From the NCBI GenBank assembly GCA_025060295.1, contig JANXCH010000011.1, positions 178,446 through 242,445 of the forward strand: a stretch of DNA of 64,000 bases. Reading direction: 5' to 3'. The DNA is from Dehalococcoidia bacterium (GTDB lineage Bacteria > Chloroflexota > Dehalococcoidia > Lucifugimonadales > HRBIN23). The first letter of the stretch is position 1. Each line of letters begins with the position of its first letter. Of the stretch, positions 44,218 to 53,717 are shown piece after piece. The notes beneath the pieces are model-generated. The model saw only the letters and a list, made by a program, of their open reading frames with translations. It was not told where the DNA came from and searched no databases. Position numbers and translations under genes: made by a program.

Positions 44218-45432
44218 GTGCGCCTCAAGGTTTGCCCCGACGACTTTTACGTGGAGGAGCGCATCGCCCTGCCCCTTGCTCCCGGCCCTTTCACCCTGTA
44301 CCGCATCCGCAAGGTAGGCGTTACCACCCTGGCGGTGCAGGCAGGGCTTGCCCAGGGGTTAGGCCTCTCGCGGCGGGACGTGGTCTTCCCCGCCCAGAAG
44401 GATCGGCAAGCCGTGGCCGTCCAGTTCGCCTCGGTGCGGGGAGAGGGGCCGGCGCACCTTCGCGGGGAGGGGTGGGAGGCCGAAAGGGTGGGGCGGGCAC
44501 CCCGTCCCCTCTCGCCCCACGACCTGCAGGGCAACGCCTTCACCCTGACCCTGCGCCACCTGGGCCAAGACGAAGTCCCCCGCCTGCGCTCAGCCCTGGA
44601 AAGGCGCCCCAGAGAGGGCCTCCCCAACTATTTTGACAGCCAACGCTTCGGCTCTTGCGTCCCAGGGGAGGGGTGCATCGGCAAAGCCTTGCTCCTCGGG
44701 GACGGCGAGAAGGCCCTCCGCCTCTTTTTAGCCACCCCCCTGCCGGGAGAAGGCAGGCGGGTGCGCGCCTTCAAGACCCTGGCGCGCCAGCACTGGGGGC
44801 AGTGGGAGCGCCTTCTGCCCCACGCCCCTCGGGGGCCCCTGCGGAGCGTCCTCACCTACCTGAAGGACCACCCCACCGCCTTCCGTCAGGCAGTCGACCG
44901 CATCGCCCCTGCCTTGCTCTCCCTGTTTCTCTCCGCTTACCAGGCGTGGCTATGGAACTGTGCGGTGGGGCGGTGGTTGCGGGCTCTGCTGGAACCCACA
45001 GGTGCGGTTGTGGAGGGGTTGACCATTGCCGGGTGTGCCCTTCCCCTGTATGAGGCTTGGGAGCCAGACCTGCGGGAACGCCTACGGAAGATGAGTCTCC
45101 CCCTTCCCCATCACAAGATGTCCTTCCCCGACCACCAAGCCGAGCGGAGTATGGCCGAAACCCTTGCCCAGGAGGGGCTTGCCCTGAAGGACTTGAAAGC
45201 GCGCCACCTCACCCACGCCTACTTGGGGCGGGGGGAGCGCCCCTTGCTCCTGTTCCCCGCCGACCTGAGGGTGGGGGAGGCCCAGCCCGATGACCGCTTC
45301 CCCGGACGCTGGAAGGTAAGAATCGCCTTCGCCCTTCCCCCCGGCTCCTATGCCACCCTGGTGGTAAAGGGGGCGGGCATCCTGGCGGGCGTGCCCCTTG
45401 AGGGGGAACCAGCCGTTACTGCAGAGTCCTGA
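44218..45432 (+). CDS. truD: tRNA pseudouridine(13) synthase TruD
   Basis: N-terminal DDFYVEE, the catalytic-region FPAQKDRQAVAVQF (KD) and LPNYFDSQRFG motifs. Confidence 0.8.
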   Translation: MRLKVCPDDFYVEERIALPLAPGPFTLYRIRKVGVTTLAVQAGLAQGLGLSRRDVVFPAQKDRQAVAVQFASVRGEGPAHLRGEGWEAERVGRAPRPLSPHDLQGNAFTLTLRHLGQDEVPRLRSALERRPREGLPNYFDSQRFGSCVPGEGCIGKALLLGDGEKALRLFLATPLPGEGRRVRAFKTLARQHWGQWERLLPHAPRGPLRSVLTYLKDHPTAFRQAVDRIAPALLSLFLSAYQAWLWNCAVGRWLRALLEPTGAVVEGLTIAGCALPLYEAWEPDLRERLRKMSLPLPHHKMSFPDHQAERSMAETLAQEGLALKDLKARHLTHAYLGRGERPLLLFPADLRVGEAQPDDRFPGRWKVRIAFALPPGSYATLVVKGAGILAGVPLEGEPAVTAES

Positions 45433-45853
45433 GGAAGGCGATGACATCCTGCAGGTCGCGGTCGGTGAGGGCGGGGTTGCCGCCCTTGGGGGGCATGGCG
45501 ACCTTGGTCCTGTTATCGGGAGCGTCGGCGGCGCGGCCCACCTTCAGGAAGTCCAGCAGTTGGGCATCGGTGAGGCGTTGAATGAATTCGTTCTTGCGCA
45601 GGTCCACACCCAACCCTTGTACCCCCTCGGCGTTCTGGCCGTGGCAGACGGCACAGGTGCCCGCGTACACTTGCTTGCCTCGGTTCACATCCCCAGCGGC
45701 CACGGTGCGAGCGGGAGTAGGCGTGCGCGCCGCAGGGGTAACCCCAGCGCGCGGGGTTGGTGTGGGGGCGGGCTGAGCAGCGCCCCCTCCACCGCATGCC
45801 GTCAGGAACACCACCACACCCACGGCAAGTCCAATAAGGGCCAGACGAAGCAT
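45416..45853 (-). CDS. Class I c-type cytochrome, lipoprotein-type signal
   Basis: Single CAVCHG heme site with a distal Met region (VAMPPKGG). N-terminal LIGLAVGVVVFLTAC lipobox. Its 3' end overlaps the truD 3' end by 17 nt. Confidence 0.8.
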   Translation of the reverse strand: MLRLALIGLAVGVVVFLTACGGGGAAQPAPTPTPRAGVTPAARTPTPARTVAAGDVNRGKQVYAGTCAVCHGQNAEGVQGLGVDLRKNEFIQRLTDAQLLDFLKVGRAADAPDNRTKVAMPPKGGNPALTDRDLQDVIAFLRTLQ

Positions 45854-45957
45854 AATTGTGCCTCCTTATGTTATGCCCACTGCCAGTGTCGCTACACAAA
45901 GGGAAAATGGGCCCTAGCGCTGGGCATTGTCAAGCGTATCCTTGTGATAAGTGTAAC

Positions 45958-46195
45958 ACACGCTCCCGGGAAAAGTCTAGCATCGGCCTCCCCAGGCGAA
46001 GGGCAGAGAAGGCCTGAGGGATAGGCGTCCCCACCCAGACGGACAAAGACAGAGGGCCGAAAGGCCAGCACCGAAAGTCCTACCTGAAGGGGAATGGCCC
46101 CGCTGGAAGGGGCACGGGCCTGACCTTCCGTTCAGGGGGCCGTCTTATCCCGGCTCGAAGGGCACCGAAAGCACGGGGGCCCTCTGCCCGTGCGC
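45958..46195 (+). ncRNA. Candidate structured ncRNA (class unknown)
   Basis: The region is non-coding. A TGtGATAAG extended -10-like element lies at 45943-45951. By-eye closing helices pair 45966-45975/46144-46153 and 45984-45989/46037+100 region (46137-46142). There are three CCGAAAG GNRA-type loops and a terminal hairpin at 46171-46193. Strand and ends are uncertain. Confidence 0.3.
46171..46193. terminator. GC-rich hairpin GCACGGG-N9-CCCGTGC
   Basis: 7-bp stem. On the minus strand it is followed by TTTCGG, about 25 nt after the stop of 46216..46794. On the plus strand it would end the candidate ncRNA. Confidence 0.35.
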
Positions 46196-46215
46196 CGAGA
46201 ACATTGTCAACAGGC

Positions 46216-46794
46216 CTAGCGCTTCGTGAAGGGCAGGAAGGCCTGGAGTTTGCGCGGGCCTTCCGCCCACCCCTCGGCGAAGTACCAGTCGCGGAAGCCT
46301 CCCGTGAAGCCCGCCTGGAGAAGTGCCTGGCCCAGGGGCGTAGCCTCGGGAGGGGTGCCCCGCTCCAGGGCGCGGCGGGTGTCGGCACGGTGGGGGGCTT
46401 CGTATTCCACCATGATGTGCCCCCCCGGGGGCAGGAGCGCCCGCAGCAGGCGCAAAAGGGCCACCAGCGCCTCCCCCTCCAGGGCCAAGCGCACCCCCGC
46501 CCCCTCCACAACAGAGGGCAAAGTCATCACCTCCACCCAGTTGGTAGCGGGGTAAGAGCCGCGGTGGTGCAGACCCTCCACCAGGGGGGGATGGGTCGGC
46601 TCCCCGCTGGGTGTGAGCCACCACAGGCGAAAGTAGTGGGCCCCCACCCGATTGGTCGGCCCCACCTCCACCCGCAGGCGTCCTCCCAGGAAAGGCCTCC
46701 CGTCCAATGTCAAGAGGGCTTCGGCGGCGGTCAAGGCCTTTTCAGGGGGCAGCGCCGAGGGGCTAGAGGCCTGTGTTCCGGTCTGGTCGGCCAT
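46216..46794 (-). CDS. Hypothetical protein (192 aa)
   Basis: Clean ORF with ordinary composition, divergent from dnaE. No motif I can name with confidence. Confidence 0.5.
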   Translation of the reverse strand: MADQTGTQASSPSALPPEKALTAAEALLTLDGRPFLGGRLRVEVGPTNRVGAHYFRLWWLTPSGEPTHPPLVEGLHHRGSYPATNWVEVMTLPSVVEGAGVRLALEGEALVALLRLLRALLPPGGHIMVEYEAPHRADTRRALERGTPPEATPLGQALLQAGFTGGFRDWYFAEGWAEGPRKLQAFLPFTKR

Positions 46795-46813
46795 AGGCGT
46801 AGGTGCTCCCTCT

Positions 46814-46826
46814 CCCTATAATAGGG
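46814..46826. promoter_or_regulatory. Palindromic -10 element CCCTATAATAGGG shared by divergent dnaE and 46794(-) genes
   Basis: TATAAT at 46817-46822 on the plus strand and TATTAT on the minus strand. The element is flanked by direct repeats TAGGTGCT at 46800-46807 and 46828-46835. Confidence 0.5.
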
Positions 46827-46841
46827 CTAGGTGCTGTGCCC

Positions 46842-49800
46842 ATGTTCGTCCATCTGCACACCCATACCGAATACAGCATGCTGGACGGCCTCTCCCGCAT
46901 CCGGGACCTGGTGCGGAGAGCCAAAGAGTTGGGTATGCCCGCCCTGGCTCTCACCGACCACGGCAACCTCTACGGAGCCATAGAGTTCTTCCTGGAATGC
47001 CAAGCGGCGGGCATCAAGCCCATCATCGGCTGTGAGGTGTATGTGGCCAAGACCTCGCGCCACAGCCGGGGGAACGAGGAGAAAAGCCCCTTCCACCTGA
47101 CCCTGCTGGCCAAAAACACCCAGGGCTACAAAAACCTCATCCACCTAGTGAGCAAAGCCCACCTGGAGGGCTTCCACTATAAGCCCCGCATTGATAAAGA
47201 CCTCCTCGTCCGGCATCGGGAGGGGTTGGTGTGCCTGTCGGGGTGTCTGAACAGCGAACTGGCCCGCGCCATCCTGGAGGGGGGCATTGAGCCCGCCCGC
47301 CGCGTGGCGGGATGGTATCGGGAGGTGTTCGGCGAGGATTACTACCTGGAAATCCAGGAGCACCCCGGCGTTGCTGACCTTCACAAGGTCAACCCTGTTC
47401 TGCGCCTCTTGTCCCGGGAGATGGGCATTCCTCTGGTGGCCACCAACGACTCCCACTACACCACCCCCGACGAGGCTCCGCTGCAAGAGATTCTCATCTG
47501 CATCCACACGGGCACCACCCTCCAGGACCCCAAGCGCCTCAAGATGGAGGGGGATTCCTTCTACCTGAAGAGCGCCGAGGAGATGGCCGCCCTGTTCCCC
47601 GACCTGCCCGAGGCGGTGGAGGCGACCCTACGCATCGCCGCGCAGTGCCAGCCTCCCGATGTGGGGCTGGGCGGCCTGCGCCTCCCCCACTTCCCCGTCC
47701 CCCACGGTCTCGACGCCCAGACCTACTTGGAACGCCTGTGCGCTGAGGGCCTGGAACGGCGTAAACCCCACGCCCCTGCGGCCTACCGCCAGCGCCTGGC
47801 CTATGAACTGGAGGTCATCCGCAAGACGCGCTTCGCCAATTACTTCCTGGTGGTGTGGGATATCACCCGTTTCGCCCGCGAGCGGGGCATCCTCTATGGG
47901 GTGCGGGGGTCGGCGGCCGCCAGCCTCGTGCTGTACTGCCTGGGAGTTACCGATGTGGACCCCCTGGAATACGGCCTGGTCTTTGAGCGCTTCCTCAACG
48001 AGGAGCGCAAAGAGATGCCCGATATTGACATGGACTTCCAGGACGACCGGCGCCCCGAGGTCTTGGAGTATGTGGTGCGCCGTTACGGGCGGGAGCAGGT
48101 GGCCCAGATCATCACCTTTGGGACGATGGGCCCCAAGGCCGCCGTGCGGGATGTGGGGCGGGTGAAGGGCCTCACCTACGCCGATGTGGACCGGGTAGCG
48201 CGCCTTATTCCCGCCCGCGCCCGCACCTTGGACGAAGCCCTCCAGGCCCAACCCGAATTGCAGATGCTCTATGACCAGGACAGCATCATCCGCGACCTGC
48301 TGGACACGGCCAAGCGCCTGGAGGGTCTGGTGCACCATGTGAGCACCCACGCTGCGGGGGTCGTCATCACGGGGGAGCCCCTGACGGAATATGTGCCCCT
48401 GCAGCGCCCCGTGCGCGGCCAAGAGCACGGCATCGCCATGACCCAATACAGTATGGACCCCATCGCCCGCCTGGGCCTGCTGAAGATGGACCTCCTGGGC
48501 CTGGCTAACCTGACCATCCTGCAGAAGGCGCGCGACCTGGTGCGCCAGCAACGGGGCCTGGAGGTGGACCTCACCGCCATACCCCTGGACGACCCCAAGA
48601 CCTACGCCCTTCTGGCCACAGGGGAAACCACCGACCTGTTCCAACTGGAGAGCGCCGGCATGCGCCGGTGCATCCGCGACCTGAAGCCCGCCTCCTTGCG
48701 GGAGGTGGCGGCCCTCATCGCCCTGTATCGCCCAGGCCCTATGGAGCACATCCCCACCTACATCAAGGCCCGTCAGGGCGTGGAGCCGGTGCGCTACCCC
48801 CACCCCGACCTGAAGGGCATCCTGGAAGAGACCTACGGTGTCATCGTCTACCAGGAGCAGGTGCTGCAGATCGTCCAGCGCATCGCCGGCTACACCCTGG
48901 GCCAGGCCGATGTGGTGCGCAAGGCCATGGGCAAAAAGGTGCCCGAGATTATGGAGAAGGAGCGGGAGCGCTTCATCAGCGGTGCCCTGCAACGGGGCTA
49001 CACCCGCGACGACGCCGAAGCCCTGTTCCGCCTGATTGAGCCGTTCGCCGGCTACGCCTTCAACAAGGCCCACGCCGTCTCCTATGCCCTGGTGGCCTAC
49101 TGGACAGCCTACTTCAAGGCCAACTACCCGGTGGAGTTCATGACCGCCGTCCTGAACACCCGCCTGGGCGACTTGGACAAGACGGCCGCCGCCATCCACG
49201 AGTGCCAGCGCATGGGGATTCCCGTGCTTCTGCCCGATGTCAACGCCAGCGCCGTGCACTATACCATTGAGACGACCGCCGACGGGCGGCGTGCTATTCG
49301 CATCGGCCTGGCGGCGGTGAAGAATGTGGGCGAGAGCGCCGTTCTCCCTATCCTGAAGGCGCGCCAGGAGGGGGGACCTTTCCGGGATCTGGCCGACTTC
49401 TGCCGACGATGCGACCTGCGGGGCATGAACCGCCGCACCCTGGAGAGCCTCATTAAAGCGGGGGCATTGGACTGCTTTGGGGAGCGGGCGAGCCTCCTGG
49501 CCAGCGTGGAACGCATCCTGGCCCTCTCCCACCAGGAGGCCCGTCGGCGCGAGGCCGGCCAGATGACCATGTTTGACCTGTTCGGCCACCAGGTGGCGGT
49601 GCCCCTGCCCAGCATGGACCTGCCCTCCGCATCCCCTGCGCCACGCGAGTATGCCCAATGGGAGCGCGACCTGCTGGGGGTGGCCCTTTCCCACAACCCC
49701 CTGCCCGCCATCGCCCAGGCCCTGGCCGGCACCGATGCCATCCTCTCCCGCACCCAACTGGACCCCGAGATGACTGGGCAAAGGGTGGTGCTGGTGGGGC

Positions 49801-50399
49801 AGGTGGCCAGCGTGCGGGAGTCCTTCACAAAGGAGAAGCGCCCCTTCCTGACCGCCTCCCTGGCCCTGCTGGACGGCCAAGTGGAGATGGTGGTGTGGCC
49901 CCCGGTGTATGAGACCACCCGCTCCCTCTGGCGGGAGGGGAACCTGGTGTGGGTAGTGGGACGCCTGCGCCACCGGGACGAGGAGGTTTCGGTGGTGGTG
50001 GACGAGGTGCGCCCCTACCAGATACCCGATGCCCCCGCATCGGAAGGGGCAGAGCCCCCTCCAGCCCTATCCCTCCACAGGCCATCCCATGCGAACGGCA
50101 CCCACAGCCGGCCCCTGACCAATGGCACCAGCGCCCAGGCCCCTCCCCCGCGACGGCTTATCCTACGCCTGCAGGAGACCAGCGACCCCCAAGCTGATGA
50201 AGCCCTTCTCCGGGATACCTTGAAACTTTTGCTGGAACATCCCGGCCCCGATAGGGTTTTCCTGCTCCTGGTCAGCGGAGGGAAGAGGGTGCGCGTGGAG
50301 TTGCCCACCATCAGCGTCGCCTATAGCGACGGCCTCCAGCGCCAGCTAGAGGAGCGCCTGGGCCCCCATAGCGTCATCCTTGAGGAGGAGCGTGCATAA
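46842..50399 (+). CDS. dnaE: DNA polymerase III subunit alpha
   Basis: PHP N-terminus MFVHLHTHTEYSMLDG, the MPDIDMDF catalytic region and GYAFNKAHAVSYA motifs. ATG 46842. Confidence 0.9.
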   Translation: MFVHLHTHTEYSMLDGLSRIRDLVRRAKELGMPALALTDHGNLYGAIEFFLECQAAGIKPIIGCEVYVAKTSRHSRGNEEKSPFHLTLLAKNTQGYKNLIHLVSKAHLEGFHYKPRIDKDLLVRHREGLVCLSGCLNSELARAILEGGIEPARRVAGWYREVFGEDYYLEIQEHPGVADLHKVNPVLRLLSREMGIPLVATNDSHYTTPDEAPLQEILICIHTGTTLQDPKRLKMEGDSFYLKSAEEMAALFPDLPEAVEATLRIAAQCQPPDVGLGGLRLPHFPVPHGLDAQTYLERLCAEGLERRKPHAPAAYRQRLAYELEVIRKTRFANYFLVVWDITRFARERGILYGVRGSAAASLVLYCLGVTDVDPLEYGLVFERFLNEERKEMPDIDMDFQDDRRPEVLEYVVRRYGREQVAQIITFGTMGPKAAVRDVGRVKGLTYADVDRVARLIPARARTLDEALQAQPELQMLYDQDSIIRDLLDTAKRLEGLVHHVSTHAAGVVITGEPLTEYVPLQRPVRGQEHGIAMTQYSMDPIARLGLLKMDLLGLANLTILQKARDLVRQQRGLEVDLTAIPLDDPKTYALLATGETTDLFQLESAGMRRCIRDLKPASLREVAALIALYRPGPMEHIPTYIKARQGVEPVRYPHPDLKGILEETYGVIVYQEQVLQIVQRIAGYTLGQADVVRKAMGKKVPEIMEKERERFISGALQRGYTRDDAEALFRLIEPFAGYAFNKAHAVSYALVAYWTAYFKANYPVEFMTAVLNTRLGDLDKTAAAIHECQRMGIPVLLPDVNASAVHYTIETTADGRRAIRIGLAAVKNVGESAVLPILKARQEGGPFRDLADFCRRCDLRGMNRRTLESLIKAGALDCFGERASLLASVERILALSHQEARRREAGQMTMFDLFGHQVAVPLPSMDLPSASPAPREYAQWERDLLGVALSHNPLPAIAQALAGTDAILSRTQLDPEMTGQRVVLVGQVASVRESFTKEKRPFLTASLALLDGQVEMVVWPPVYETTRSLWREGNLVWVVGRLRHRDEEVSVVVDEVRPYQIPDAPASEGAEPPPALSLHRPSHANGTHSRPLTNGTSAQAPPPRRLILRLQETSDPQADEALLRDTLKLLLEHPGPDRVFLLLVSGGKRVRVELPTISVAYSDGLQRQLEERLGPHSVILEEERA

Positions 50400-51213
50400 G
50401 ATCGCTAGGGGAGCACCACCCCTGACCCTTATCGGCCCCGAGGGGCCGGCGATGCCGGGCCAGCCTGTCCTTTGCACCGTGAACCTGGCCCTCCCCCGCG
50501 CCTATGAAGTGCGGGCGGTGCGGGTGGAGGTGTGGGGGGTCTTGCGGCGGGTGGTGGGATCGTTGGGGTGGGGCCCCCTGCGCCTGTGGCGCTGGGCCAC
50601 CGAAAGGGTCATCCGCACCCACCATGCCCTGCCCATTGGACACAAGCTAGGCCCTGGCACTGCCTCCTATCGTCTGGAGGTGCCCCTTCCCGCCGATGCA
50701 CCCCCCACCGCCCGCGGGCGCATGCTTCAGATGGTCTACACCCTGCGCGCTCGTTTGGACATCCCCCACGCCCCCGACCGCTGGGAGGTGGCACCCCTAC
50801 GGGTGCACACCTCCCCCCCGCCGTGGGAGGGGCTCCCCCCTTCTCCGCGTGAGGAGAGCATCAGCGTGCGGTTGGAGGCGCCCCGCACCCTCGTGGCGGG
50901 GCAGCGGGTTCAAGGCTCCCTGGCCCTGGTCGCCTCCCACCCCGTCGTGCTCAACGACCTGCGCCTGGACCTGGTGCAGAGGGAGCGGGTGCCCCCGCGG
51001 GAGTGGGCGTTCACCGTAGGGCGAGTGGCTTTCCCGTCAGTGTCTTTGGGGGCCTATGCTGAGCGCGTCCTCTCCTTCAGCTTGGGGATTCCCCCCCAGG
51101 CCCCGCCCACCTGCGTCCTCCCCCATCACTGCTCCATCCAATGGAGCCTGCGCCTGACGGCACGGGGGTATCCGCGCCTAGCCGAAGTGAGCGTGGTGGT
51201 GGGGACGGGCTAG
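50380..51213 (+). CDS. Hypothetical protein (possibly beta-sandwich/arrestin-like; unverified)
   Basis: The ORF overlaps the dnaE 3' end. Candidate starts are TTG 50380, GTG 50392 (after GAGGAGGAG) or ATG 50452. No confident motif. Confidence 0.4.
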   Translation: MRRSVHKIARGAPPLTLIGPEGPAMPGQPVLCTVNLALPRAYEVRAVRVEVWGVLRRVVGSLGWGPLRLWRWATERVIRTHHALPIGHKLGPGTASYRLEVPLPADAPPTARGRMLQMVYTLRARLDIPHAPDRWEVAPLRVHTSPPPWEGLPPSPREESISVRLEAPRTLVAGQRVQGSLALVASHPVVLNDLRLDLVQRERVPPREWAFTVGRVAFPSVSLGAYAERVLSFSLGIPPQAPPTCVLPHHCSIQWSLRLTARGYPRLAEVSVVVGTG

Positions 51214-51767
51214 GGACAGGCCTGGGCGGGGGGCAAACCCGTTTGGGCCATAGCCCGCACGCAGAACACGATGGCCCACCGCTCGTCTTCGGAGAGCAGT
51301 TTGCCCATAGCGGGCATCAGCCCCCGCCCGTTGCTGATGGTGTGGTAGATCTGGCCATCGGCGCGCCCGCGCACCCGGTCGCTGGCCATGGCCGGGGGGC
51401 GAATCGTTGTGGCATCGGTGATACGGTCTGCGGCCAGGCTTTGCCCGTCGCCATACACACCATGGCAGGGGGCGCAGTTGATGGCGAACAACTCCCGCCC
51501 CCAGCGGCGGTTCTCGGGGGTATTGGGGATGGTGGGGCGCAAACCTTCCGCCTGGTCAAAGGGAATGGTGACAGCAACCGGCTTCTTCCCCTGGCGGGGC
51601 ACCGCCTCCGCGGGCACGTCCCACCGAGCTGGCTCCCCGGCGCGGTAGGCTTCGCTGTAGTGCATCTCGTAATAGATATCCAGGGGGTAGGTGCCGGTGC
51701 GCGCACAGGCGGAGGCCAGCAGGCCCAGCACTAACGCCCCCACCAGTAGCAATGCCCCTTTCCACAT
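51210..51767 (-). CDS. actE: Alternative Complex III monoheme cytochrome c subunit ActE-like
   Basis: Lipobox LLASAC and a single CAPCHG heme site. ATG 51767 follows an AAGGGG RBS. It is the last gene of the ACIII cluster. Confidence 0.7.
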   Translation of the reverse strand: MWKGALLLVGALVLGLLASACARTGTYPLDIYYEMHYSEAYRAGEPARWDVPAEAVPRQGKKPVAVTIPFDQAEGLRPTIPNTPENRRWGRELFAINCAPCHGVYGDGQSLAADRITDATTIRPPAMASDRVRGRADGQIYHTISNGRGLMPAMGKLLSEDERWAIVFCVRAMAQTGLPPAQACP

Positions 51768-51815
51768 AGGCAGCAACCCCTTCGGTGGATGCAAACCTCA
51801 GCTCCTTCTGGGCGG

Positions 51816-52313
51816 CTACCCCCGCTTCACTTCCACCGCCCCGTGCTGCCGCAAGATCCGCTCGGCCGGCCCCAACAGACCCTCCTCCCCCACCACCAGC
51901 AGGCCGATCCACCCCTCCGTGATGCGCTTGTCGTACAGGCCCACAATGGGGCGGGGTAGGCGGGACTCAAACACCACCCCGAGCACCGTGAACAGAATGG
52001 CCCCCAGCATGGTGCCCTCGTAGGTGATGATGGCCATGGGCGGGATGGAGAGCACCGGCTTGCCCCCCGTGACCAGGGGATAGGCCAACTGGGTGCCGGC
52101 GGTCAGGAGGATCGCCACCGAGAACCCACACAACGCCCCCAAGAAGGGGAACACATACAGCCGATGGGGAGGGGTATGCTCGCTAAAAGCCCCCTCGGGA
52201 TACGGGGAGCCCGACAGCACCTCAAACTCTATCCCCGCCTCCCGCAGGGCGGTGCCGGCGTTGGCCGCCGACTCCACATCACTAAACAGACCCAAGACAC
52301 CGCGCTCGGCCAT
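51816..52313 (-). CDS. actD: Alternative Complex III subunit ActD-like (DUF3341-type)
   Basis: N-terminal soluble segment GVLGLFSDVESAANAGTALREAG followed by 2 TM helices, about 165 aa, within the ACIII cluster. Confidence 0.65.
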   Translation of the reverse strand: MAERGVLGLFSDVESAANAGTALREAGIEFEVLSGSPYPEGAFSEHTPPHRLYVFPFLGALCGFSVAILLTAGTQLAYPLVTGGKPVLSIPPMAIITYEGTMLGAILFTVLGVVFESRLPRPIVGLYDKRITEGWIGLLVVGEEGLLGPAERILRQHGAVEVKRG

Positions 52314-52328
52314 AGTCCCGACTCCTCC

Positions 52329-53705
52329 CTAATGTTCGCGCACGATGGCGGGCACCTTGCGCTTGCCCACCTGAATATCAGCCTTAAGCACCTGCCCCTC
52401 CTTCGCCTCGTTCACGGGCACTAACGGGAAGATCTTGCTGAACACCAGCAGGCCCAGACACACCAGGGCGAAGGAGCCGATGACGATCAGCATCTCAATG
52501 GGGCTGGGGCGGTAGGCCGACCAGTCAAAGGTGAAGGCCTGCTTGCGCGCCAGCCCCGGCACAATGATCAGGAACCGCTCCAACCACATCCCGATGTTCA
52601 CCAGGATAGAGGTCCAGAACATCAGCGCCACATTCCGCCTCACCTTGCGGAACAGCCACAAGGGCACAGGGATGAAGAAGGCCGTCAGAATGAACAGGAT
52701 GAACAGCATGTTGAATGGCCACTCAAACACCTGCAACTGGCGCATGGCCACTTCCTGCGGCTCCCGCAGGTAGAGGCTGAAGATGAACTCCAAAGCGAAG
52801 AAGAAGAACCACGCCAGGGCCACCACAATGAGCAGACGTCCGATGGCGTCAAAGTGCTCGGCGCGGATGTAGTCCTCCCAGCGGAACAGCCAGCGCATCA
52901 CCGCCATCATGGTAACCACAGCCGCCACCCCCGAGTGCACCGCCCCAATGACGAAGTAGGGGGCAAACACCGTGGTGTGCCACCCCTCTACCGAGATGGC
53001 CATCCCGAAGTCCCACGACACGATGGAGTGCACCGAGACGAACACAGGCAGAATCAACGCCGATAGGAGGATCCCTGCCAGGGTTTGGAGTTTCCACTGG
53101 CGGGGCGTGCCCCGCCAACCCAGGGATAGAATGGAGTAAATCTTGTGGGGAATCCCTGTGGTGCGGTCGCGCAGGACGGCCAGGTCGGGGAGCAGGGTAA
53201 TCAACACGAACAGTGCCGACCCCGTCAAGTAGGTGAAGATGGCGCTCGGGTCCCACACCAACGGGGAGCGCACATTGGGCCAAATCCCCCGCGAGAAATC
53301 ATAGGGGAATACCCAGTACATCGTGCGCCAGGGGCGGCCCGAGTGGAACAGGGGGAACATGGCCGCCGTGGCCAGGGAGAACACGGTGAGCACCTCGGCT
53401 GCCCGCACCATGGGGCGTCGCCACTCGGCCTGGGTGAGGCGCAGAATGGCCGAGAGCATCACCCCCGCGTGGCTGATGCCCACCCAGAACACGAAGGTGA
53501 TGATAAGCAGTTCCCACATAATGGGGCGGTTAATGCCCGCCACCCCTGGCCCCCGGTTCATCCACCATCCCACGGCTCCCCCCGCCACCGCCACCACCCC
53601 CCCCAGCCCCAACAACAGCCCCCAGAACCAGAGGGGCGTGCTCAGCACCGGCCACAGCAGGTCTCGGTTGATTTGGCTGTCCGATAGGTCTTTCCGCTCC
53701 TGCAT
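52329..53705 (-). CDS. actF: Alternative Complex III NrfD/PsrC-like membrane subunit (ActF-like)
   Basis: About 10 TM helices, polysulfide-reductase NrfD-like. It is the second such gene in the cluster. Confidence 0.7.
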   Translation of the reverse strand: MQERKDLSDSQINRDLLWPVLSTPLWFWGLLLGLGGVVAVAGGAVGWWMNRGPGVAGINRPIMWELLIITFVFWVGISHAGVMLSAILRLTQAEWRRPMVRAAEVLTVFSLATAAMFPLFHSGRPWRTMYWVFPYDFSRGIWPNVRSPLVWDPSAIFTYLTGSALFVLITLLPDLAVLRDRTTGIPHKIYSILSLGWRGTPRQWKLQTLAGILLSALILPVFVSVHSIVSWDFGMAISVEGWHTTVFAPYFVIGAVHSGVAAVVTMMAVMRWLFRWEDYIRAEHFDAIGRLLIVVALAWFFFFALEFIFSLYLREPQEVAMRQLQVFEWPFNMLFILFILTAFFIPVPLWLFRKVRRNVALMFWTSILVNIGMWLERFLIIVPGLARKQAFTFDWSAYRPSPIEMLIVIGSFALVCLGLLVFSKIFPLVPVNEAKEGQVLKADIQVGKRKVPAIVREH

Positions 53706-53717
53706 GGTGTCCCCTTG

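Noticed and set aside
45854-46215. RNase P RNA or SRP RNA, suggested by GAAAGUC(C/U) motifs, a GGAA-capped long hairpin and GGUCAGG on the minus strand.
   Set aside because: Other universal elements I remember are absent: for RNase P, GGUAA..AGGGUGAAA and ACAGAA..CGGCUUA; for SRP, GGAAGCAGCC opposite a GNAR loop in the right order. The length and architecture do not fit either. I kept it only as an unclassified ncRNA candidate.
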